Shown: positions 48,777-57,904 of the stretch, piece by piece | Layout of the letters: each line of letters begins with the position of its first letter | How positions within the stretch are numbered: position 1 is the first letter of the stretch | From: Chloroherpetonaceae bacterium | Lineage (GTDB): Bacteria; Bacteroidota; Chlorobiia; Chlorobiales; Thermochlorobacteraceae | Assembly (NCBI GenBank): GCA_033763895.1 | Contig: JANRJQ010000010.1 | Span: 2,146-66,145 of the forward strand | Direction: 5' to 3' | Length of the DNA: 64,000 nucleotides | Program-made: the position numbers and the translations under genes | The notes under the pieces: model-generated | What the model saw: only the letters and a program-made list of their open reading frames with translations | What the model was told of the DNA's origin: nothing | Databases searched by the model: none

Positions 48777-50300
48777 TTAAAGAATATACCGACTTAAGTC
48801 ACGATCTTGAACAATGGTGTTGAGCCGCTTTTCAACAAGCTCACGGTTGATGACCACTTTTCCGGAGGGCATTTTCTCCGGTATATCAAACATAAGGTCT
48901 TCGAGAAGTGTTGTCATGATGGTATGAAGTCGCCGTGCGCCAATATTTTCTACAGATTCATTTACTCGGGTCGCAGTAGAAGCGATTGTGCGAACCCCAT
49001 CCTCAGAAAATTCCAACTCTAGATTTTCGGTTTTCATTAAAGCGGTGTACTGCTTTATGAGAGCGTTTTCGGGTTGGGTTAAAATTTTGAAAAAGTCATC
49101 TTCGGTGAGGCTCTTCAATTCGACGCGGATAGGAAAACGGCCTTGCAACTCAGGAATTAAATCAGAAGGCTTGGAAATATGAAATGCCCCGGATGCAATG
49201 AATAAAATGTGATCAGTTTTCACCATACCATATTTTGTTGTGATGGTTGAGCCTTCAACGATGGGAAGCAAATCTCGCTGAACGCCTTCACGGCTTACAT
49301 CAGGGCCTCCTCGACCGCCGCTTGCACCACCAGCGGTAGCGATCTTATCGATCTCATCGATAAATACGATACCGGCTTCTTCAACTCGTTTTATCGCTTC
49401 TTTTACAACGGCGTCCATATCAATGAGCTTTTGCGTTTCCTCTTGAGCCAAAATGACTTTTGCTTCGGCGATGGTCACGCGGCGTTTTTTTCGGCGCTTT
49501 GGTAATCCTCCCACGATGTCTTGCATTAGGTTCCCTAAATCCTCAACAGGACCAAAAGGACCTAAGATTTGCATCATTGCAGGGCTTTCGCCGGTAATTT
49601 CAAGTTCGATGGTTCGATCATCCAGTTTGCCAGCACGAAGCCGATCGCGCATTTTTTCACGACTGCGGTCATTCAGTTCAGCCTCAGCCGCATCAACGGT
49701 TATTTCTCCTTCTAAATCAACTGAATCAGACACTTCGGACTGGTCCTCGGGTTTTGAAAATCCAAATGATTGATTTTTTTTCGAAGGAGTTCCTTTGCGA
49801 AGTGGCGGGAGGAGAATATCAAGAACGCGTTCCTCGGCAAGTTGGCGTGCTTTTTCGGCCACAATTTCGCTTTGCTCCAAGCGAACCATTCCTACAGAGA
49901 GTTCAACAAGGTCACGAATCATTGCTTCAACATCTCGGCCGACATATCCAACCTCGGTAAATTTGGTGGCTTCTACTTTAATAAACGGTGCGCCTGATAA
50001 TTTCGCTAATCTGCGGGCAATTTCTGTTTTGCCAACGCCGGTTGGCCCAATCATAATGATGTTATTGGGCATAATTTCGTTTCGTAGCGGTCCCTCAACT
50101 TTTTGACGACGGAATCGATTGCGAAGCGCTATTGCAACGGATCGCTTGGCTTCATTTTGACCAATGATGTACTTATCTAATTCCTGTACAATTTGATGAG
50201 GGGTGAGCTGATGAACTTCTGACACTTCGGAATTTTTCTCTTTTCCGTTGAGAAGTAGTTTTGGTTCGTTGGATTCCTGAATGGTTTTGGACTTTGCCAT
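48777..50300 (-). CDS. hslU: ATP-dependent protease ATPase subunit HslU
   Basis: 507 aa. It has '[31 protein letters not shown]', Walker A '[15 protein letters not shown]', '[11 protein letters not shown]', and a ~30-aa N-terminal extension relative to the E. coli protein. Confidence 0.95.
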   Translation of the reverse strand: MAKSKTIQESNEPKLLLNGKEKNSEVSEVHQLTPHQIVQELDKYIIGQNEAKRSVAIALRNRFRRQKVEGPLRNEIMPNNIIMIGPTGVGKTEIARRLAKLSGAPFIKVEATKFTEVGYVGRDVEAMIRDLVELSVGMVRLEQSEIVAEKARQLAEERVLDILLPPLRKGTPSKKNQSFGFSKPEDQSEVSDSVDLEGEITVDAAEAELNDRSREKMRDRLRAGKLDDRTIELEITGESPAMMQILGPFGPVEDLGNLMQDIVGGLPKRRKKRRVTIAEAKVILAQEETQKLIDMDAVVKEAIKRVEEAGIVFIDEIDKIATAGGASGGRGGPDVSREGVQRDLLPIVEGSTITTKYGMVKTDHILFIASGAFHISKPSDLIPELQGRFPIRVELKSLTEDDFFKILTQPENALIKQYTALMKTENLELEFSEDGVRTIASTATRVNESVENIGARRLHTIMTTLLEDLMFDIPEKMPSGKVVINRELVEKRLNTIVQDRDLSRYIL

Positions 50301-50340
50301 TTCAAAATGATGTTAAATAATAAAAACAAAATTAGAAGGT

Positions 50341-50871
50341 TTATAACTCTTCAATTCGAATATTGCTATTGGTATAAATGCAGATTTCAGATGCAACCTT
50401 TAGAGATTCATGAACGATGCTGCGTGCATCAAGAGAAGTAAACCGCATCATTGAGCGTGCCGCAGCCAATGCATACATCCCGCCGCTTCCAATTGCGATG
50501 ATATTTTCTTCCGGTTCAATGACATCGCCAGTTCCTGAGATAATGAGAGCTCGATCTTGGGCAATGACTGCAAGCATCGCTTCGAGTCGGCGAAGATATT
50601 TATCGGTGCGCCAATCTTTGGCCAATTCGACGGCAGCGCGTTCAACCTTTCCTCCGTGAGCTTGAAGCTTTTCATCAAATCGATCGATGAGGGTTATTGC
50701 ATCGGCGGTTGCTCCAGCAAAACCGACTAAAATTTTTCCGCCAAGCATTCGGCGAACTTTTGTGGTGGAGTGTTTCATGACCGTTGCGCCTAAGGTCATT
50801 TGACCATCGCTGCCTAAGGCCGCTTTTCCGTCGCGGATAACACCCACAACGGTGGTGGCATGTAGTTTCAT
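50341..50871 (-). CDS. hslV: ATP-dependent protease subunit HslV
   Basis: The internal ATG at 50871 gives 'MKLHATTVVGV', with the N-terminal Thr nucleophile context. The 40-aa upstream part of the track ORF looks non-coding. Confidence 0.9.
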   Translation of the reverse strand: MKLHATTVVGVIRDGKAALGSDGQMTLGATVMKHSTTKVRRMLGGKILVGFAGATADAITLIDRFDEKLQAHGGKVERAAVELAKDWRTDKYLRRLEAMLAVIAQDRALIISGTGDVIEPEENIIAIGSGGMYALAAARSMMRFTSLDARSIVHESLKVASEICIYTNSNIRIEEL

Positions 50872-50974
50872 TATTTCCGTTAATCCTAAAGAATTAAATA
50901 AAGTAACTGCGAAGATACTTAACTGTAAGTGCCATATAAAAAGAAATTGTATTACGCTATTGTAAAATGGGGGT

Positions 50975-51247
50975 TTACCGAGTGATGACAAACCCGTCGT
51001 TTCTGCCTACGGGTAGTTGTTCTGTGATTTGAAGATTGGAAACAAAAGAACCCCAAGGTCCTTTTCGAACAAGCTGAATAAACTCATTGATGTCATTTGG
51101 ATTTCCTTCAGCCTCGATTTCAACATCGCCATTCTGAAGATTTTTCACCCATCCGTTAATTGAATGGGTATCAGCTTTGTCTTTGGTGTACCATCGAAAC
51201 CCCACACCTTGAACTCTCCCTTGAACGATGATATGAAGCCGCTGCAT
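50975..51247 (-). CDS. Acylphosphatase
   Basis: The ATG at 51247 gives a 90-aa protein with the signature 'VQGRVQGVGFRWY' and 'GWVKNLQNGDVEIEAEG'. Confidence 0.85.
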   Translation of the reverse strand: MQRLHIIVQGRVQGVGFRWYTKDKADTHSINGWVKNLQNGDVEIEAEGNPNDINEFIQLVRKGPWGSFVSNLQITEQLPVGRNDGFVITR

Positions 51248-51248
51248 T

Positions 51249-51575
51249 TTAATGACCCAAGTAAATGGTTTGATCGGGAAGAAGGGCTGTAACATTTCCT
51301 TTCAAGCGGGATTGACAGCCTAAGCGGGATGTGAGGGTGATTCCGGTGCCTTCATCCAATTGGTCTTGCTCATCATCGCTTAATTCGGGGAGATTCTCCA
51401 TCCCGCTTTTAATGATGACATGACATGTTGAGCAAGCGCAGACGCCACCGCAATTGTGTTGTAGGTGGATGGCATTTTCCATACAAGCTTCGAGAATTGA
51501 AGTTCCATCATCAACCAAAAGTTGCTTTTCAACGCCGGGCTGATTGTGAAAGAGAAGAGTTAAAGTATGTTTCAT
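51249..51575 (-). CDS. [2Fe-2S] ferredoxin (adrenodoxin/ISC Fdx type)
   Basis: The ATG at 51575 gives a 108-aa protein with cluster ligands 'CGGVCACSTCHV' and 'LGCQ'. Its stop lies 1 nt from the acylphosphatase start. Confidence 0.85.
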   Translation of the reverse strand: MKHTLTLLFHNQPGVEKQLLVDDGTSILEACMENAIHLQHNCGGVCACSTCHVIIKSGMENLPELSDDEQDQLDEGTGITLTSRLGCQSRLKGNVTALLPDQTIYLGH

Positions 51576-51600
51576 AATCGAGTTAAAGAAATTTGGGCAA

Positions 51601-51633
51601 AAATAAAGAAAGCCGAAGATGTTTCTTCGGCTT
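51601..51633 (-). terminator. Rho-independent terminator after the cNMP-binding protein gene
   Basis: 10-bp stem AAGCCGAAGA / TCTTCGGCTT with a 4-nt loop. On the minus strand it is followed by TCTTTATTT. Confidence 0.6.
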
Positions 51634-51663
51634 AACTCTGAAAAGTGAAAATTAATTTTCTGT

Positions 51664-52470
51664 TTATTTGGGTCGATTTCGGTAACGAAGTTCCATTTCA
51701 CGAACTTTCAATTGGAGCTCCTCCATAGGAAGTTGAATGTAATAACTTACGATATCACGAATCATCAAAAGTCGGGTTGAGCTATCGGCTACAAGACCCT
51801 GCTTGCGCTTTTCTTCAAGAACGCGAACCAAGTTACCGCTTTGTAAATCTTCCAAGCTTAGCACATACAGTTCCTCTGATTTGCCTGTTCCTCCGGCAGA
51901 GGAAAGGGTTAAATGACCTTCTTTTGCCGGCGGTTGAACTGCGGCTGGTACAGGTACGGCGGGTGGTGCATCCGCTGTAGGAGCAGCGGTTGTTGATTCA
52001 GCCGGGTGATCAGCGTTTTCATCACCTTGGGCTTTAATCATTTTATTGGTCGTATCGCGTAGCCTTTGGGATAAAATTTTAATAAAATTAAGTAGGATTT
52101 TAATGGCCTCATTTGGGCGACTTTGAAGCATCCGATCAAAGTTGTATTTCGGTAAAACAAGCAACTCCGAGTATTCTTTGACAATAGCAGAAGCGGAACG
52201 CTTTTGCTGTTCGAAAAGCGACATTTCGCCAAGCAACGCACCGGGACCGAGTGTCAGAAAAGTGACATCATCGCCGGCTGCATTTTTCTTAGATAAGTCA
52301 ACTCGACCGGCAAGGATGACATACATAATTTGACCGACAATCAAGTTCTCACGGAAAAGAACATAACCCGGATCAAAATTTTTAACGAAGGCATACTTCA
52401 CAATTTGCTCCATTTCTTCGGCCGTAACGCCTTCAAAAATGGGTATCGTTGCCGGATCAATTTTACGCAT
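51664..52470 (-). CDS. Cyclic-nucleotide-binding domain protein with a Pro/Ala-rich linker and an uncharacterised C-terminal domain
   Basis: 268 aa. The N-terminal cNMP-binding fold has 'LGPGALLGEMSLF...RSASA'. The linker is 'STTAAPTADAPPAVPVPAAVQPPAKE'. The C-terminal ~90 aa match nothing I recognise. Confidence 0.75.
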   Translation of the reverse strand: MRKIDPATIPIFEGVTAEEMEQIVKYAFVKNFDPGYVLFRENLIVGQIMYVILAGRVDLSKKNAAGDDVTFLTLGPGALLGEMSLFEQQKRSASAIVKEYSELLVLPKYNFDRMLQSRPNEAIKILLNFIKILSQRLRDTTNKMIKAQGDENADHPAESTTAAPTADAPPAVPVPAAVQPPAKEGHLTLSSAGGTGKSEELYVLSLEDLQSGNLVRVLEEKRKQGLVADSSTRLLMIRDIVSYYIQLPMEELQLKVREMELRYRNRPK

Positions 52471-52903
52471 TTCGAGCTAGACAGGTAAGATTACAAATAT
52501 AATTTATGGCTGTTGGAAGAAGTAACTTCTTACCACAATGAATCGCCTATTAAATAAATATAGAGTTTAGAATGAGAATATCAATATCTCATGTAAAGCA
52601 ATCCAAACAAGATATTGTTTAAGAAAAAGTACCAAAATCTGAATAACAACTAAGGTTTCAACAAAGAAAAGAGTAAAGACGAGCCAACGAAGCTTAACCA
52701 GATTTCTGTATGTAAGAAAAAAAGTTGAGATAAAGTTCGTATGGATGAAAAGATAAAATGTGACATGATTTCAAACTGAAGCAATCAAAACTTTTACAGG
52801 ATGCTTCAAAAGACTTATTCCCAAAGTGTAAAAAAGCGGCCTTTAGCACAGTTCTTTTAATTAATATGATAATTGAAATCGCAATCAAAACCAATCATTA
52901 TCT

Positions 52904-54304
52904 ATGAAACTTACTTTTTTTGGGGCAACACACGGCGTAACCGGCTCATCTCATTTAGTGACAATCAATGGAAAAAATATTCTATTGGATTGCGGATTAT
53001 ATCAAGGAAAAAGAAGCGAAACAGAAGAATTAAATCAAACTTTTCCATTTCAGCCGGAGGATATCGATGTGATGGTACTTTCACATGCTCATACCGACCA
53101 TAGTGGAAATATTCCAAACCTTATTAAGCAAGGATACAAAGGGTTGATATATTCAACCCCGGCAACGCGCGATTTAGCCGCAGCAATGCTTCAAGACACG
53201 GCATTTTTGCAAGAAAAGGATGCGGAGTTCATCTCAAAAAGAAATGCAAAGAAAAAATTGCCTCCTGTTGAACCTCTCTATACAACACTTGATGCGCAGA
53301 TTTCGCTACAAAATTTTATTTCTGTTCCTTATCACAAACCAGTTGTAATCTCCGAAGGAGTAACCCTTACATTTTTTAATTCGGGGCACATTCTTGGTTC
53401 AGCCGTCGTTCGTTTAGAACTTGAAGAAAAGGGGGTTAAAGAAACCTTGGCATTCACCGGTGACTTGGGTAGGCCGCACACACCAATCCTTATTGACCCG
53501 GAACCAATTCAAGGTGTAAACTACCTTATCACTGAAAGCACTTATGGGAATCGGTTACATAAACCAAAAGAAAAGGTTGAAGAAACATTGACTTCCGTAT
53601 TACAAGATGCATATCAAACTGGTGGAAAAGTATTGATTCCTGCATTTAGTGTAGGAAGAACACAAGAGATGATTTATTACTTCAATCAATTGAAATTAAA
53701 AGGGTTGCTTCCTGATATGGAAATTTTTCTTGATAGCCCTCTCGCCATTGATATCACCAACATTTACCGGCTTCACCCAGAGTGTTTTGATAACGAGATG
53801 AAGAAGCTCATTTTAACAGATCAAAGTCCATTTAAACTTGATCAGGTTCGCTATTGTAGAACGGCAGATGAATCGAAACGGCTGAATGATTATCAGGGGC
53901 CTTGCATCATAATGGCAGGTTCCGGAATGGCGGAAGGCGGGCGAATTCGGCATCACTTAGCAAATCATATTTCAAATCCTACCACAACGATTTTGATAGT
54001 AGGGTATATGGCAGAAAATACGTTGGGAAGAAAAATTTTAGAAAAGCATAAGGTTGTAAACATTTTTGGTGAACCGTTTGAAGTGAATGCGAAAGTAATT
54101 GTGATGAATAATTTTTCTGCACATGCCGATCGAAATGAATTGCTTGAATACATCGGAAAGTACGATCGCAAGTCGATGAAAAAAATATTTTTGGTACACG
54201 GTGAAGATGAGGCAACGAAAGGGTTGAAGGATGGTTTAAATGAAATTGGGTTTCAACGTGTGTTTATCCCTAACCGACGTGAATCATTTAATCTTGGGGA
54301 ATAA
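52904..54304 (+). CDS. MBL-fold beta-CASP family hydrolase (RNA-metabolising type)
   Basis: 466 aa. It has the metallo-beta-lactamase motif 'LSHAHTDHSG', beta-CASP region 'ESTYG' and 'PAFSVGRTQE', and a C-terminal 'FSAHADRNEL' / 'VHGE'. Confidence 0.8.
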   Translation: MKLTFFGATHGVTGSSHLVTINGKNILLDCGLYQGKRSETEELNQTFPFQPEDIDVMVLSHAHTDHSGNIPNLIKQGYKGLIYSTPATRDLAAAMLQDTAFLQEKDAEFISKRNAKKKLPPVEPLYTTLDAQISLQNFISVPYHKPVVISEGVTLTFFNSGHILGSAVVRLELEEKGVKETLAFTGDLGRPHTPILIDPEPIQGVNYLITESTYGNRLHKPKEKVEETLTSVLQDAYQTGGKVLIPAFSVGRTQEMIYYFNQLKLKGLLPDMEIFLDSPLAIDITNIYRLHPECFDNEMKKLILTDQSPFKLDQVRYCRTADESKRLNDYQGPCIIMAGSGMAEGGRIRHHLANHISNPTTTILIVGYMAENTLGRKILEKHKVVNIFGEPFEVNAKVIVMNNFSAHADRNELLEYIGKYDRKSMKKIFLVHGEDEATKGLKDGLNEIGFQRVFIPNRRESFNLGE

Positions 54305-54334
54305 CTTTTATTCTACTGATAAAATGAGTGCAAC

Positions 54335-55030
54335 TTAAGATGATTTTTTTTCTAACATCGATTGAAAAACTGCCTTTAATTGGATAACAACTTCTCGAAA
54401 CCGGAATCGAAGAATTTCTTTGAAAATAAATCGATCAACTTGATTGAAAAGATGCAAATCCAACGAAAGATTTCTCAATACTTTTGATTCAGAAAGCGTT
54501 TTGGCTTCAACCCTTTTTACTTTACGAATCGATTTTCTGAATTCAGCAGTAAATGGAAAAGGATACTTCGCAAGAATTTCTTCCGATTCAAATACCCAAA
54601 TTTCTTTGCCTCGCTTCTGGACAAAAACATGTTTATTCGTGTATTCCAAGATATGACGAAGCCGAACTTCAATCATTCGATCGTTTTGAATAAACTCTGT
54701 TTTAGCTGATGGATGGTCTTTGACCAAAAGTATTTTTCCGCCTTTCTCTTTATGAACTTTCATTACAGCTTTCAAGAAAAGAGATTCAGATTTGGTTACG
54801 AGACCATCAATTGCCATTCTATGATAAGAAGTAACCAAATAATAGAGGAGGAATTGATTTTTTTGGGTGAAATAGGCAGGCCCAAAGACACGGTTTTCAC
54901 CGTTAAAAGCAACCACCACGAGGCCTTTCAAGGGGCTTAACGATTCAAACTCTGCAAGGCTTTCTGCCGGGTTAATTCTATTTTCGGATGAAGACTCTTG
55001 ATCCGAATTTGGGGTATCCTCTATATCCAT
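54335..55030 (-). CDS. Hypothetical protein
   Basis: 231-aa ORF with an acidic, disordered-looking N-terminus and no recognisable motif. It is the last gene of the long minus-strand run. Confidence 0.4.
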   Translation of the reverse strand: MDIEDTPNSDQESSSENRINPAESLAEFESLSPLKGLVVVAFNGENRVFGPAYFTQKNQFLLYYLVTSYHRMAIDGLVTKSESLFLKAVMKVHKEKGGKILLVKDHPSAKTEFIQNDRMIEVRLRHILEYTNKHVFVQKRGKEIWVFESEEILAKYPFPFTAEFRKSIRKVKRVEAKTLSESKVLRNLSLDLHLFNQVDRFIFKEILRFRFREVVIQLKAVFQSMLEKKSS

Positions 55031-55152
55031 AATCAGCTCCTTAAAACAAAAGTTGAAGTAATCTCCTTCACAATAAAAAAAAGTGAGTTAATAAATTCAT
55101 TAAGAGAAGTTACAAAACGTACTTTTTCTTTTTGGGATGAATATCACACCTT

Positions 55153-55953
55153 TCAATTTTTTTGTTTCGTTTTGATAAACCCTTTCCATACATCAGTTTT
55201 ATTTATTATACGAAAATCGGAAAGAGGGAATGGATGGTCAAAAAGGAAATAGGCTTTGGAAAGAGAATCTTGTTTCATTTCAAGATTAAGATTTCCAAAA
55301 CCGATGCGCTTTAAGTCGAGAACTTTGTTGCCAAGGGCTAAAAATATTTTCCGCACCTCACGGTTCTTTCCTTCGGTTAAGCAAATGGTCGCGCTATGAC
55401 TGGTTATCATTTGAAAAGATAAAGGTTTTGCAAGATACTCACTTCCGCGTTCTTGAATTAAAATGCCATTGGAGATGATTTCAATGTCTTTATCGGATAG
55501 AGGCTCGCGAAGCCGCAGAAAATATTTTTTAGGAATTTCATTTTCAGGATTAGTTAAAAAATTGGCGAAAACCGAGTCATTGGTGAAAAGTAATAAACCG
55601 GTTGAATCAAGATCTAGCCTTCCAACAGGGTTGATCCCATTGGTGTGTTGATTTCCTCTATATCGAAGGAAGGCATCGTAAACAGTTTTGCGCCCCAGTT
55701 CATCGCGTTTTGTAGTGACTTCTCCTTTTGGTTTATGGTAAATGAGATAAACAAAATCTTTCATTTGATTTTGGCTTGACTGAATGGGGTGGGAGCCGGT
55801 GATTGAAATATCAGAATCAGGATTGACCAGTTGTAAGGGGTGAGTAGCTTTTATGCCATTGACAAAGACGAGGCCGTTGAGAATGAGTGACTGAGCCTCT
55901 CGCCGAGAGCCCAGCCCTCTTTTAGAGATGAGACGTTCTAGTTTTTCTTTCAT
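55153..55953 (-). CDS. Pseudouridine synthase (RsuA/RluB family) with an S4 domain
   Basis: 266 aa. It has an N-terminal S4-like 'LERLISKRGLGSRREAQSLI' and the catalytic motif 'VGRLDLDSTGLLLFTND'. Confidence 0.85.
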   Translation of the reverse strand: MKEKLERLISKRGLGSRREAQSLILNGLVFVNGIKATHPLQLVNPDSDISITGSHPIQSSQNQMKDFVYLIYHKPKGEVTTKRDELGRKTVYDAFLRYRGNQHTNGINPVGRLDLDSTGLLLFTNDSVFANFLTNPENEIPKKYFLRLREPLSDKDIEIISNGILIQERGSEYLAKPLSFQMITSHSATICLTEGKNREVRKIFLALGNKVLDLKRIGFGNLNLEMKQDSLSKAYFLFDHPFPLSDFRIINKTDVWKGFIKTKQKN

Positions 55954-56038
55954 CCGCCAATAAAAACAGAGGTGCTATCGGCTTGCTTTTTTGCGCCTTT
56001 CAGCAAGTAGCTTTGAACTTTTCCCTTTCCTTTAAGAT

Positions 56039-57901
56039 CTAATTCCCCACGAGATTCGAGGTAAAATAGGGTTCTATCAATTGAAAAGTTGTTTCACTTA
56101 CTTGAATTTCACCTGCGATTCCTTGTGACTCAAGGCGGGAAGCAGTATTGACGGTGTCGCCCCAGAGATCATAGATGAATTTTTTATCCCCAATGACACC
56201 TGCAACCACAGGGCCGGAGTGGATGCCGATTCTTATGGCAAGGTTGACGCTCCCGGCGCTATCGAAATCGCGTATAACGCCCTGCATCGCGAGTGCAAAT
56301 TCTGCCACACGTTTGGCGTGATCTTTTTGCGGCTTAGGAATTCCACCGGCAGCCATATAAGAATCGCCGATGGTTTTAATTTTTTCAAGTCCATAAAATT
56401 CAGCGAGGGAATCAAAACGAGAGAAAATATCATTGAGAAAAGTGACGAGGGCTTCGGGCGTTGTTCCGATAGAAAGTTTTGTAAAACCAACCAGATCGGC
56501 AAAAAGAATGGTGCAATCAGGAAAGCTATCAGCGATTACCGATTCTCCTTTCTTAAGACGCTCGGCGATTGACTCCGGTAAAATATTTAGAAGCAGTTTA
56601 TCAGACTTGCTCCTTTCTGCTTCGATTTCCGTGTTTTGCTTGGCAAGTTCGCGAGCGGAAAGGCGTTTACTGCGATAAGCAAAGAGAATGAGTACAATAA
56701 TGATACCTAAAAGTACTAAGCCAATGGTAAATCCATTTTGAAGGATTCGTTGGCTTTCTGTTTTAAGGGTTAGCATTTCAATTTGAGCTTGGCGGACTTC
56801 GGCGTCATAACCGGCTTGGATGGCGGCGATACGCTTTTTGGTTTCTTCGCCAATAAGTGAATCGCGAATTGCGGTGGCGTTTCGGAGATACTGAAGCGAT
56901 GTTGCATAATCGCCTTTGGAGGCAAAGATATCGGAAAGGATGAGAGAAGAGCGTCTTGTTTGTTCCGGCGATTTCAACAGTTGTGAAGTTTGGAGCCCTC
57001 GCTTTGCGAAGTCAAGCGATTCACTATACTTTTTTAACATGAGGTAAGAACGGGCGATGTTATTAACCGCCACGGCAACGGCTTGTGGATTTCGCTGTGC
57101 TTCGGCAAGAGCAAGTGCTTTGAAATGATATTGAAGCGCATCGCGGTGATTTCCCATCTCGGCGTAGCATTCCCCGGTCAATGAAAGTGCAGCTCGAATC
57201 GCGGTTTTATCTTGTTCTTTCTCACGAATTTTTAGCGCATATCCAAAAGACTTTAGAGCATCTTGAAAATTACCTAAGGCTTGAAATGCTTCTCCAATGC
57301 GAAGATGGGCATAAGCACTCCCATTGTTTTCACCTAAAGAATCGAAAATTGCGAGCGCCTGTTTGGAAGCATTAAGCGCGGCATCAAGTTGATTATCAAT
57401 TCGGTAAATATCACCTAAATTATTTAAGGCATAAGCTTTTTGTTTTAGGTCTCCAATCTCTGCTGAAAATTTTTTAGCCTGAATAAAAGACTCAATGGCA
57501 AGTGGATAGTTCCCCACGTTTCGATAAGTAACGCCAATAAAGTTCAAGCCTTCAATCAGAGCCGGTTTATCTTGGCGCGATTCCGCCAAAGTGAGGGCTT
57601 CTTTGCCATAGCGAATGGATTTGGCGAAATCGATTGAGCGATAAAGCCAACACAATTGATTCAAAATTCTCACCCTCAATGAATCATTGCTTGTCTCAAG
57701 CTTTTGAACTAACGATGCTGCAAGGGAGTCCGAATGGCTTTTTATGTTGCCCAGCAGGGCAAGGTCTTGAGCGGAAAGAGAATTGAAAATGGGAGGGAGG
57801 GTAAATACGAAAACAGTGAAAAAAAGCGACTTGATTTGGAATAGGAATTCTGTTGTAAGCGAGCGGATTTGAATCTTAAAATGGAAAAAGGTGCTTCGCA
57901 T
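56039..57901 (-). CDS. TPR-repeat sensor fused to a class III adenylate/guanylate cyclase
   Basis: 620 aa: signal peptide, ~350 aa of TPR repeats, one TM helix ('GFTIGLVLLGIIIVLILFAY'), then a cyclase domain 'ILFADLVGFTK...KTIGDSYMAAGG...IGIHSGPVVAGVIG...YDLWGDTVNTASRLES'. Confidence 0.85.
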   Translation of the reverse strand: MRSTFFHFKIQIRSLTTEFLFQIKSLFFTVFVFTLPPIFNSLSAQDLALLGNIKSHSDSLAASLVQKLETSNDSLRVRILNQLCWLYRSIDFAKSIRYGKEALTLAESRQDKPALIEGLNFIGVTYRNVGNYPLAIESFIQAKKFSAEIGDLKQKAYALNNLGDIYRIDNQLDAALNASKQALAIFDSLGENNGSAYAHLRIGEAFQALGNFQDALKSFGYALKIREKEQDKTAIRAALSLTGECYAEMGNHRDALQYHFKALALAEAQRNPQAVAVAVNNIARSYLMLKKYSESLDFAKRGLQTSQLLKSPEQTRRSSLILSDIFASKGDYATSLQYLRNATAIRDSLIGEETKKRIAAIQAGYDAEVRQAQIEMLTLKTESQRILQNGFTIGLVLLGIIIVLILFAYRSKRLSARELAKQNTEIEAERSKSDKLLLNILPESIAERLKKGESVIADSFPDCTILFADLVGFTKLSIGTTPEALVTFLNDIFSRFDSLAEFYGLEKIKTIGDSYMAAGGIPKPQKDHAKRVAEFALAMQGVIRDFDSAGSVNLAIRIGIHSGPVVAGVIGDKKFIYDLWGDTVNTASRLESQGIAGEIQVSETTFQLIEPYFTSNLVGN

Positions 57902-57904
57902 TGC

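Noticed and set aside
50872-50991. N-terminal extensions of the track ORFs for hslV (50872..50991), ferredoxin (51576..51701), acylphosphatase (51248..51295), smpB (25535..25639), DUF971 (25264..25323), the Skp gene (40384..40404) and the lipoprotein (47889..47927).
   Set aside because: The extensions overlap neighbouring genes or encode non-conserved sequence. Internal ATGs give proteins that begin at the conserved family N-termini, for example the HslV Thr nucleophile directly after 'MKLHA'.
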